Shown in pieces: positions 48,590-57,521 of a DNA stretch of 57,896 nucleotides. This DNA comes from Rickettsiales bacterium (GTDB lineage Bacteria; Pseudomonadota; Alphaproteobacteria; Rickettsiales; JABSSG01). The stretch covers positions 1 through 57,896 of the forward strand of contig JAGORE010000003.1 in assembly GCA_018062985.1 (NCBI GenBank). The letters run 5' to 3'. The notes under the pieces are model-generated. The model saw nothing but the letters and a program-made list of their open reading frames with translations, searched no databases and was not told the DNA's origin. Both the position numbers and the translations under genes were made by a program. Every line of letters begins with the position of its first letter. Positions within the stretch are counted from its first letter, which is position 1.

Positions 48590-50208
48590 TGCTAAATTTA
48601 TTGTACCCTGGACTCATTTTACTTGTTACTGCTATGCTTACAATGATAAAAAAAGAATGGCAGAAACCTTTGTTTCTGATAGCGCCAATTTTAAGCCTAG
48701 TAATATTACTTAGCACTTCCATCAATACTACAAATATTTACAATCTGATAATAGCCGCCTCTATACTTATCGTGTTATTTGCAAACAACATTTTCACTAT
48801 TTTTAACTCTCAAACAACTCAAACTAGAGACTTGCAATTATCTCTAATATACATCGGCGCTGGACTCTCAGCTATTTTAACAAAGCATCTAATAGTTATT
48901 TTCTTATTTTTAGAGTTAATGATGTTGGCAGGTGCCCTACTCATTTTCAATGGCCACAATCTTAAATCAAAAACCGCTGGTCTAAGTTATCTAAAAATAC
49001 ATATGTTATCAGGAACATTATTTTTAATGGGATTAATCATAACTATCATATCACACGAATCTATAATTCTTAGCTCTATAACACTAGAAAAGTTAAACCT
49101 TGGACAAATATTTTTTGTCTGCTCTCTTTTAATAAACGTTGCTCTCCCACCTTTCTCTTACTGGCTAACAGAAGGCTATACAGCAACCTCTCCCTTTGGG
49201 TCTTCAATTCTTTCTGTATGCACTACAAAAATATCTTTACTGTTAATTGCTCAATTACTTCTTGGTATGCATTTTCTAATATATATCGGAATTTTTATGG
49301 GGGTATATGGAATCATTTACATGTTATTAGAAACGCACATACGAAAAGTACTAACATTCTCTATCATAAGCGAAATAGGCATTATCTTAATATCCATTGG
49401 TGTAGGAAATTTTAATATTGCAATGTCACTTATTATCACAAATATTTTTTATATATCCCTGCTAATGATGTGTACAGGAAACTTTGATTTATTCTCAAAT
49501 ACAAAACACTATTTCGAAATAAAGAAAATACCAAATAAAAAACTCATGCTGACAGCATATGTTGTCACTGTATTTTCTATCTCCTCTCTTCCTTTAACAC
49601 CTGGCTATTTTAATAAATATGCACTTGTACAAACGATTATCAATACAAACCAAGCTTGGCTTATCACCGTTCTAAACGGACTAAATGTAGGAATGACTCT
49701 AGCATTATGCTTTAAAACACTGCACTTTACTTTTTTCTACAATAAAAAAATCCAAAACATGAACTTAAAAAATAATAATATAGGTATATATATACTCCTA
49801 GCCTTTACAATATCTTTGTATTTGCTTGTCCCACTCTATATGTACAAACAACAAATTTTTGATATCAAAATAATAAAGCAAAGCCTTTGGTGCTTATTAG
49901 CTTACTGCTTATTCAAGTTATTAAAAAAACACTTGTACTTCAAAACAAACACTAACCTTAAAGAACCAGATTTTTTATACAGAACAATTCTACCTTCAGT
50001 ATCTCTTTTTATACTTAGATCTCTTGCAAAGCTTGTGGAATATATCACCCAAAGCTATGCTACTATTTCTAGCAAAAGTAATCTTGCAAAATTAATAACA
50101 TTAGGGCAACCAAGACAATTATCAGGCTCAGAACATTTAAATAAAACTATACTTTATGTAATAGCTATATTAATTTTTGTGCTTATCTTAACATTATGTT
50201 TTTCTTAG
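48589..50208 (+). CDS. Third antiporter-like subunit, divergent MrpA/NuoL-like, with a C-terminal amphipathic extension and final TM anchor
   Basis: Polytopic protein with FLFLELMMLAGALLIF and a weaker match to the antiporter core. The last 130 aa or so are Lys-rich and amphipathic, then one TM helix. I chose the ATG at 48589, which overlaps the previous stop (TAATG). The ORF-track start is 48544. Confidence 0.65.
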   Translation: MLNLLYPGLILLVTAMLTMIKKEWQKPLFLIAPILSLVILLSTSINTTNIYNLIIAASILIVLFANNIFTIFNSQTTQTRDLQLSLIYIGAGLSAILTKHLIVIFLFLELMMLAGALLIFNGHNLKSKTAGLSYLKIHMLSGTLFLMGLIITIISHESIILSSITLEKLNLGQIFFVCSLLINVALPPFSYWLTEGYTATSPFGSSILSVCTTKISLLLIAQLLLGMHFLIYIGIFMGVYGIIYMLLETHIRKVLTFSIISEIGIILISIGVGNFNIAMSLIITNIFYISLLMMCTGNFDLFSNTKHYFEIKKIPNKKLMLTAYVVTVFSISSLPLTPGYFNKYALVQTIINTNQAWLITVLNGLNVGMTLALCFKTLHFTFFYNKKIQNMNLKNNNIGIYILLAFTISLYLLVPLYMYKQQIFDIKIIKQSLWCLLAYCLFKLLKKHLYFKTNTNLKEPDFLYRTILPSVSLFILRSLAKLVEYITQSYATISSKSNLAKLITLGQPRQLSGSEHLNKTILYVIAILIFVLILTLCFS

Positions 50209-51276
50209 GAACCTTGTTCTGTATCTTAGGTACCAAATACAAAACAATACAAAAAGAAAGTTGTTAAAATATAGCAATTCCAGAAAACCATACCTCTTAG
50301 ATACTCCGGAATTAAAGAAAAAGTATAAAAATACATAACCAGACGCAACAATACAAATTTTTAATACATTTTTTGAATCCCAAAACCTATTATAAGCACT
50401 GGAAAAAAGAAAAGCTGCAGCTATAAACATAAAAACTATATTTACTAATGGCCAAGAAATTCTTTTATGGATTTCCATTGTCTTATGTTGTGCCTCCTCC
50501 CCATTATTAGGTACATAATTTAACAACGATATAAACCCTAAGCTTTGTAAAGACATACGATTATTATTAGTATGTTTTACAAATGGAATGTTAAGAATCA
50601 AACTATCAAAAAATACCATTTGCAACGCATTATTTTGCACAGTTTGCCTACTCCCGTGATACATTTTAAATAAAATTGAATCTTTATATACTGCAATCTC
50701 AGCGCTTCTAGCAAGAAGAACAGCCTCTTCCTTTATTTCACTTTTATCATATATAATTAAACCATCTACCTTATCTCCATACTTCTGATTAATATACATA
50801 GAAACTTTATCTGAAACATTAACGAACCTCTTCTCTGTAATGACTTTAGGCAAAATAATGCTGCTAATAAGTCGCCTTTGATCCAGAATTTTTGTTTTAG
50901 AATAAGGAATAACAAAAAATAAAAAAATATAAGAAATAGATGTGATAATGGTGGTTACGCAAAGAATAGGCTTCAGAATCTCCCATACCCCAACACCAGA
51001 CGATTGGAGAACAACAAGTTCTTTATCAATAAACATACTATAGTGCAAATAAAAAATAGAACATAACAAAGCCATAGGAGCAACATGAACAAAAATATCT
51101 GGCATTATATATAAGGCAAATTTTAGAATATTTCTTAAACCCATATTCTGCGATATGGTAAAATCATTAAGAACTCTGATCACTTGAAATAAGATCATAA
51201 CAAAAAGTAAAAATGCACAACAAATTAGAAAAAACCTAAATATCTTACGTGCAATATACAAATAATAAAGCTTCAC
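50194..51276 (-). CDS. LPS export ABC permease, LptF/LptG (YjgP/YjgQ) family
   Basis: 360 aa. Three TM helices are followed by a beta-rich periplasmic domain and then three more TM helices. The N-terminal ARKIFRFFL fits the family. Confidence 0.78.
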   Translation of the reverse strand: MKLYYLYIARKIFRFFLICCAFLLFVMILFQVIRVLNDFTISQNMGLRNILKFALYIMPDIFVHVAPMALLCSIFYLHYSMFIDKELVVLQSSGVGVWEILKPILCVTTIITSISYIFLFFVIPYSKTKILDQRRLISSIILPKVITEKRFVNVSDKVSMYINQKYGDKVDGLIIYDKSEIKEEAVLLARSAEIAVYKDSILFKMYHGSRQTVQNNALQMVFFDSLILNIPFVKHTNNNRMSLQSLGFISLLNYVPNNGEEAQHKTMEIHKRISWPLVNIVFMFIAAAFLFSSAYNRFWDSKNVLKICIVASGYVFLYFFFNSGVSKRYGFLELLYFNNFLFVLFCIWYLRYRTRFLRKT

Positions 51277-51440
51277 TCACCACTCTTGTTACTTAATAAA
51301 TTCAAGACTATACAATGATTATAAAATAACAACTACAAAAACCTTAAAAAAAGATTAAGCGAAGCATAGCTTGACACAGCTAAGGTTTATGCTACGATAA
51401 ATAGCGCTGAATAAATAGTGTATTATACATCTAAAATAAA

Positions 51441-52703
51441 ATGAAAAAAACACAGACATTATATTTTTTACCATGGCTCATGTGGTTTATTGCAACAGTA
51501 TTTTTTGCTTATCAGTTCATTTTAAGATTATTTCCAGCATTAATCATTACTGAAATCATGTCGCGTTTTAATATTACAGCAGCGCAATATGGCATACTAT
51601 CCGCAATGTATTATGCAGGATATGCTGGAATGCAAATCCCAATAGCAATATTACTAGATAAATACGGACCACGCATAGTTTTATTTATGTGCGCTGCTTT
51701 AGGCGCATTATCTTCATTAATAATATTATTTACTGATAATTGGTACTTAGTATTATTTGCACGATTTGCTGTTGGTGTAGGATCTGCCGCAGGATTTCTA
51801 GGGGTATCAAAAGTAATTTCAATATGGTTTAGCCCTAAAATATACGGAAGAATGATAAGCATCGCTTTTAGTCTAGGCTTAATAGGCGCGGTATACGGTG
51901 GAAGACCAGTCAGTTCTATGATATCAATTTTCGGGTGGGAATCTGTTACATTTTACGTTGGTTTAGCTGGAGTTGCTATCGCAATACTTGCATTGTTATT
52001 CATCTCACAACCAAAGAATTTTACTGATACACAAAACAATAACATTACACAAAAAGTCTCTTTGCTGTTATCTAACAAAACTATAATTTTATTATCTTTA
52101 GCTAGCTTACTTCTTGTTGGAACGCTTGAAGGATTTGCCGATGTATGGGGAGTATCATATTTAGAAAAAGCCTACAATATTAATAAAATTACAGCAGCAA
52201 CTATTATCTCATTTATATTTATAGGCATGATAATAGGCGCGCCAGCACTAGCTTTTGTCGCAGAAAAACTAAAATCTTATCATATGCTTGCTGCGATTTG
52301 TGGTATTGCAATGGCACTTATATTGTATGCAATCACTTCTTTACATGAGCAAATTACAACTAATATGCTCTACATTTTAATGTTTTTTATCGGGATATTT
52401 TGTTGCTACCAAGTACTAGTATTAACTATTGGCTTTACATCTGTGGAACATAATCTAACGGGCATTACAATAGCTTTTCTAAATTGCATCAATATGATCG
52501 GTGGCTCTGTATTTCATTCAATCATCGGAACTGCATTAGATTATTTTTGGCAAGGACAAGTCATAAACAACGTCCGTATATACAACATTAACACATACAA
52601 TAAAGCATTAATAATCATACCAATTGCAGCAATCCTTGGGTCTATAGTCTTCTTAATAGTAAGATTTAAGAAAAATCTATACTTACAAAGTAAAGTAGAA
52701 TAA
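51441..52703 (+). CDS. MFS transporter (substrate unknown)
   Basis: 420 aa and 12 TM helices, with LLDKYGPR as the MFS loop 2-3 motif. Confidence 0.8.
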   Translation: MKKTQTLYFLPWLMWFIATVFFAYQFILRLFPALIITEIMSRFNITAAQYGILSAMYYAGYAGMQIPIAILLDKYGPRIVLFMCAALGALSSLIILFTDNWYLVLFARFAVGVGSAAGFLGVSKVISIWFSPKIYGRMISIAFSLGLIGAVYGGRPVSSMISIFGWESVTFYVGLAGVAIAILALLFISQPKNFTDTQNNNITQKVSLLLSNKTIILLSLASLLLVGTLEGFADVWGVSYLEKAYNINKITAATIISFIFIGMIIGAPALAFVAEKLKSYHMLAAICGIAMALILYAITSLHEQITTNMLYILMFFIGIFCCYQVLVLTIGFTSVEHNLTGITIAFLNCINMIGGSVFHSIIGTALDYFWQGQVINNVRIYNINTYNKALIIIPIAAILGSIVFLIVRFKKNLYLQSKVE

Positions 52704-52715
52704 AAAAAACAGTAG

Positions 52716-53648
52716 CTAACAAAGCTCTTTTGGCAACTTAAATTTTATATTTTCTTCTATACCTTGAAGTAATGAAATATTTACATCAAATTTTTCTTTT
52801 AAACAACTCAGAACTTCTTGTACTAGAACTTCTGGTGCAGATGCACCTGCTGTTATCCCTACAACCTTTACAGATTCAAACCATGAATAATCTATATTGC
52901 TAGCATTATCTATTAAATAGCTTTTAATGCCATTTTCTTCACCTAAGTCTTTAAGTCTATTAGAGTTAGAGCTCTTTTGTGAACCAACTACCAGTATGAT
53001 CTCAGCCTGTCTACTTAATTTTCGAACAGCATCTTGTCTGTTCTGCGTTGCATAACATATGTTTTTCAAATCAGGTCCTTCTATTCTTGAGAATCTAGAT
53101 TTTAATTCATGAATTATATTAGTCGTGTCATCAACACTAAGAGTAGTTTGCGTGACATAGGCTAGATTATCATTAATATCAAAAGGTAAATTTCTTACAT
53201 CTTCTACAGAAGATACTATCATAACCTCTTGCTTTACTTTACCCGTAGTTCCTTCAACTTCAGGATGGCCTTTGTGACCTATCATAATAATTTTTTTATC
53301 TAAACTTTCTTGTCTCTTTGCTTGAAGCTGAACTTTTGTAACCAAAGGACAAGTAGCATCTATCACTTCTAGATTTCTTATCTTCGCATCTTCTTCTACA
53401 GCATCAGATACACCATGAGCACTAAATATTGTTATCGACCCTTCTGGTATCTGAAATAACTCATCAACAAAAATTGCACCTTTTTTCTTAAGATCATTCA
53501 CTACATATTGGTTATGAACAATCTCATGACGCACATATACCGGAGATTTATACTTTTCTAACGCTTTTTCTACAATATGAATTGCGCGCTCGACACCAGC
53601 ACAAAATCCTCTTGGCTGCGCTAATATAACTTCTATTTTCTTTTTCAT
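52716..53648 (-). CDS. ispH: 4-hydroxy-3-methylbut-2-enyl diphosphate reductase
   Basis: 310 aa with three conserved Cys contexts (RGFCAGVERA, DATCPLVTKV, NICYATQNRQ) and SSNSNRL. Confidence 0.95.
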   Translation of the reverse strand: MKKKIEVILAQPRGFCAGVERAIHIVEKALEKYKSPVYVRHEIVHNQYVVNDLKKKGAIFVDELFQIPEGSITIFSAHGVSDAVEEDAKIRNLEVIDATCPLVTKVQLQAKRQESLDKKIIMIGHKGHPEVEGTTGKVKQEVMIVSSVEDVRNLPFDINDNLAYVTQTTLSVDDTTNIIHELKSRFSRIEGPDLKNICYATQNRQDAVRKLSRQAEIILVVGSQKSSNSNRLKDLGEENGIKSYLIDNASNIDYSWFESVKVVGITAGASAPEVLVQEVLSCLKEKFDVNISLLQGIEENIKFKLPKELC

Positions 53649-53813
53649 TACTTATCAATTATCTTTATAACAGACAAAACAAAAATACTTTGTTCCAAAT
53701 TTTTATCAAGCATTTTTAGATAATTAAAGTCTGTAGAATTTTACTTAAAGTTATTGTCTTTATAAGAATAATACACTATAACAGCTATATATTTTCTCCT
53801 TTTGTCTCTAAAA

Positions 53814-53890
<77 letters not shown>

Positions 53891-53984
53891 TTAAATTTTT
53901 AAGTAAAATTAATAAAAATTCTTTACATATGGAAACCTCTCTGTATTTTATCATCTAGAAGGAATTAAAAATAAAAGAGAAAAA

Positions 53985-54218
53985 ATGTACATTTCAAAAG
54001 AATTACTTAAAATTCTTGTGTGCCCGGTAACAAAACAAAGATTAATTTACTCGGAAGAAGGACAAGAATTAATTAGCCCAGAAGCAGGGCTTAGCTTTCC
54101 AATTAGGAATGGTATTCCCATGTTATTAGTTGACGAAGCAAGAACAATACACCCAGACAGATTAAAAAAGATTTTAGAAAAAGAAGCAAAAGAATCTGTT
54201 GTAAGCAAAACAGCTTAA
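53985..54218 (+). CDS. Trm112/UPF0434-family small protein
   Basis: 77 aa with LLKILVCPVTKQRL...FPIRNGIPMLLVDEA. Confidence 0.8.
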   Translation: MYISKELLKILVCPVTKQRLIYSEEGQELISPEAGLSFPIRNGIPMLLVDEARTIHPDRLKKILEKEAKESVVSKTA

Positions 54219-54240
54219 GTGTATTCTAGCTGATATTATT

Positions 54241-54327
54241 TGCCCGCGTGATGGAATGGTAGACATAACGGACTTAAAATCCGTGGGGCTTTAAGCCCTT
54301 GCCGGTTCAAGTCCGGCCGCGGGTACC
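54241..54327 (+). tRNA. tRNA-Leu (anticodon UAA)
   Basis: The acceptor stem is GCCCGCG/CGCGGGT and the anticodon arm is ACGGA-CTTAAAA-TCCGT. It has a long variable arm, a GCCGG-TTCAAGT-CCGGC T-arm, and A-CCA. Confidence 0.9.
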
Positions 54328-54787
54328 ATTCATTCTACAATACTTCAGAAGATAATTTAAGACTCATTAACCACAAGTTAATATTATTGTTCTCTAGAAA
54401 TAGATGCAGTACAATGAGAATTGTCTTACCCACAGCCCGGTATTCAATAATTGTTATGAGAAAAGTATGAATACAACAACAAGTAAAACATTATTAAAGA
54501 ATTATCTTGAGAAGAGTATAAATATACAAACAACTTCATGCTAGATCACTATTCTCTGAAGAACAACATTATTTCTTTCCTAAAATTTCGATATTATTTT
54601 GTAGTTCAAAATGTTGTAAACAATCTTTGTGAACCTAGCTTTTGATACAATTTAATTCACTCACTACAACATCACATTCCTTAAAACAAGCCTGCAAACC
54701 GCAATTAATATTAAAAATCAAATTATTAACCGATACTCTATATTTTTTAGAATATTATTAAAATTTTTACTATTTTTAAAAATACTA

Positions 54788-54816
54788 TTGCAATTTGTAT
54801 AAAATTTGTTTACTAT
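54788..54816 (+). promoter_or_regulatory. Sigma70-like promoter: TTGCAA, 17-nt spacer, TACTAT
   Basis: Good hexamers 33 nt upstream of the 890-aa ORF start. They are embedded in short TACTATT / CAATTTGTA word repeats. Confidence 0.35.
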
Positions 54817-54848
54817 TTGTACAATTTAAGTTATGAGCTTCAAATAAC

Positions 54849-57521
54849 ATGTTATATAAATGCAGCCCAAACAACAATGTTCTAGAATTTAATCTTGCAT
54901 ATAAAAATGGTAAATTTGTAGCTGCATACACAGTACAAACTGCCACTAGCAGAAGATTGTTTTATTCAATTCTTGACAATGGAAATTGCCTAAATACTAC
55001 TGCCCAAGAAGAAGCAACAGTACTAGAAAGTACTGCACTAAACTTCTTTAATGATACACATATCGCTCTTTCTTGGTTCAAGTCACCAACAGGAACGATA
55101 TACAAAGAAATAAATCTTAACACTGGATATTCAACTAACTACACACTGTCTAATAAAGCTTGCTATACAAAACTTACAAGCAATGACTTTGGTACTACTA
55201 TTGCTTGGTCAGAATCTACTGCGACATGTAATCCTCTCAAAATAAAGCAAAATTATGGACAAAATTATCAGTATACAATAGCAAATGCATGCGCTACCTC
55301 TCTAGATGTTTTAGCTATACAAGACAAAACTGTTCTCGTGTGGTCAGAGTTTATAGACGCTACAAACTCTGGGGATATAAGGTTACAAACTTTTAATTCA
55401 AGCTTGCAACCAAGCATGTCCATAACACCAATAACTCAAAACCCAGGAACCGAAGTTACTCCATCGCTAACTGCAATAAATGATGCAAGCTTTGGTCTTG
55501 CATGGAACGCTCTTCCTACAGGCAACCCGACAACTGCCTACGACGTATTTATGCAAACACTAAATACCAATGGCAAACAACTTATCGGGAAAACCCAACT
55601 CAATAAATATACTCTTAAAAGCCAAATGAGAGCCGTATTAGCTGAAAATCAAGGCGTTATAGCTGCCGCGTGGGACAGTCGAGATCAAGACGGTAGCGGA
55701 GTTGGAATATATGGAAAAATATTCTTTACAAACGGTACACTTATACGAGATGAATTTCGTATTAACCAAATTACAGCTGGAGATCAAACTAACGCTAGAG
55801 TTGTTGCAAAAGAAGATTCATTCGTTTTTGGTTATGTCTCACAGGATACTATCAATCTAGAAGTAGTTGATATTAGTTCATATATAGAAAAGAAACAAGA
55901 TTCTACACCAACAGAAGCATTGACAGATAATCGAGAGGACACACTCACACATACCTCATCTAAAACAAGCATCGAAACACCAACATATTCTAGTCTTTCT
56001 AGCAAAACTGTCTCAATATCCAAATCTATATCACCAACACCTTCTACATCACACACAATATCTCAAGCAATAGATATTACCGAAACACATACACTTAGAC
56101 ATACATATACTAATAGCTACTTACAACTACACAATGCAACACCACTACCACAAACAACAACACAAGAAAAATTAAAAACACAGGCTCCAAAAATAGCAGA
56201 CGCGATTCCATCAACACCAAAAGTAATAGCAGAAAATGCTGCAACTGGAGCAAGCGTTGCAAGCGTGTTTACACTTTCTACAACTAACGTTGCGATTGGA
56301 TCGCGTATTAATACTGCAGATAAACTTTCCTCATGTGATACTTTAGATTTTCAAAATATAACATTTCCACAACCATCATGGTCACACCATCCTTTACAAT
56401 TTTCATTAGGTGATAGCCCACTTAAATACGAAATAGGGGCCTTAGTTGGGAACTTAGCTTTATACGTAGGTGGATTTTCTATACTAACAGGACTATCTTG
56501 GTATTTTGGAGCTCCAGCTATTTTCTTTCCTGGCTCGCACGCCTTACTAGCCGCATATTTCTTTCCAGAAATAGCTAGCTCTTCAGCTACATTAATCAAA
56601 TACGGATCACCAGGGATAAAAATTGCAGCAACCTTACCTTTGATACTGATGGGGGCTCACTCTATTTATTACGGAAATTTTTTATGGACTCTAGAAGCTA
56701 CTTTCTCAACTAAAAAACTGAAGTGGCGTGCACCAAAAAATAAACCAGAATACACGAAAAAATATGGCACATATTTTGAGGATTATTCTAAGTCCAAACT
56801 AGAAGCGTTTCCTGTAGATAATATGTTTAATATAGCTACAGGATTTCTATCAGGATTCAATCCTGATGAACTATCAGAGTGCAACAACATGCTATATTCT
56901 GGTACAGCACTATACTCTGGTTATTTTATATATTTACTAGCAAGACGCCCTTATATATCTACATTAAATAATGTTTTTTATATATCGATGGCAGCTTTAC
57001 AGGCAACACCATTAATTTTGAAGACTGTTCAAGTTAACTATCCAGACCTAAAAAATAGCACATCAATGACCTCAGCTATAGAAGTAACGCCTGTAATAGC
57101 TAACTACGCCCTTGCAGCAAAAACTATATTTGATATTGGGAAACTGATAAAAGAAAGCTCCTGCTGTACCAAAGCCTCAATCTCTATCGATAGCGATAGC
57201 GATAATGATCAGCTACTCCAGGTGTTAGCACCTAGTAACGCAGCTCCATCACAACATGGATTATTACAAGCACCACCCCCTCCTTCTTCTGGTGGTGGCA
57301 ACAATGGAATAACACCATCGAACCCTCTAAATTCTGCTCAAACCAATACAGGTACTTTTGCTCCATCTGGTCACCATCCTAAACACACAACACACAGTAC
57401 GGTTCCAGATGTAACAGCATCAACGTTTGATCCATATCATAATACAGATTTAACAGCATCCCATAGCCACACCGTTTTTATTGGTTCTCATCATCCAGTA
57501 GGTTATGACTCAGAATTATAA
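54849..57521 (+). CDS. Large orphan modular membrane protein (890 aa): repeat/propeller-like N-domain, Ser/Thr-rich stalk, polytopic membrane core, Pro/Gly/His-rich tail
   Basis: Uninterrupted 2.67-kb ORF bounded by an in-frame TGA at 54834. Seven W/aromatic-centred repeats span residues ~15-340. A Ser/Thr-rich low-complexity region covers ~345-470. Five to seven hydrophobic helices lie at ~525-760. The tail reads DSDSDND...PPPPSSGGGNNG...HHPKHTTHS. Confidence 0.7.
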   Translation: MLYKCSPNNNVLEFNLAYKNGKFVAAYTVQTATSRRLFYSILDNGNCLNTTAQEEATVLESTALNFFNDTHIALSWFKSPTGTIYKEINLNTGYSTNYTLSNKACYTKLTSNDFGTTIAWSESTATCNPLKIKQNYGQNYQYTIANACATSLDVLAIQDKTVLVWSEFIDATNSGDIRLQTFNSSLQPSMSITPITQNPGTEVTPSLTAINDASFGLAWNALPTGNPTTAYDVFMQTLNTNGKQLIGKTQLNKYTLKSQMRAVLAENQGVIAAAWDSRDQDGSGVGIYGKIFFTNGTLIRDEFRINQITAGDQTNARVVAKEDSFVFGYVSQDTINLEVVDISSYIEKKQDSTPTEALTDNREDTLTHTSSKTSIETPTYSSLSSKTVSISKSISPTPSTSHTISQAIDITETHTLRHTYTNSYLQLHNATPLPQTTTQEKLKTQAPKIADAIPSTPKVIAENAATGASVASVFTLSTTNVAIGSRINTADKLSSCDTLDFQNITFPQPSWSHHPLQFSLGDSPLKYEIGALVGNLALYVGGFSILTGLSWYFGAPAIFFPGSHALLAAYFFPEIASSSATLIKYGSPGIKIAATLPLILMGAHSIYYGNFLWTLEATFSTKKLKWRAPKNKPEYTKKYGTYFEDYSKSKLEAFPVDNMFNIATGFLSGFNPDELSECNNMLYSGTALYSGYFIYLLARRPYISTLNNVFYISMAALQATPLILKTVQVNYPDLKNSTSMTSAIEVTPVIANYALAAKTIFDIGKLIKESSCCTKASISIDSDSDNDQLLQVLAPSNAAPSQHGLLQAPPPPSSGGGNNGITPSNPLNSAQTNTGTFAPSGHHPKHTTHSTVPDVTASTFDPYHNTDLTASHSHTVFIGSHHPVGYDSEL

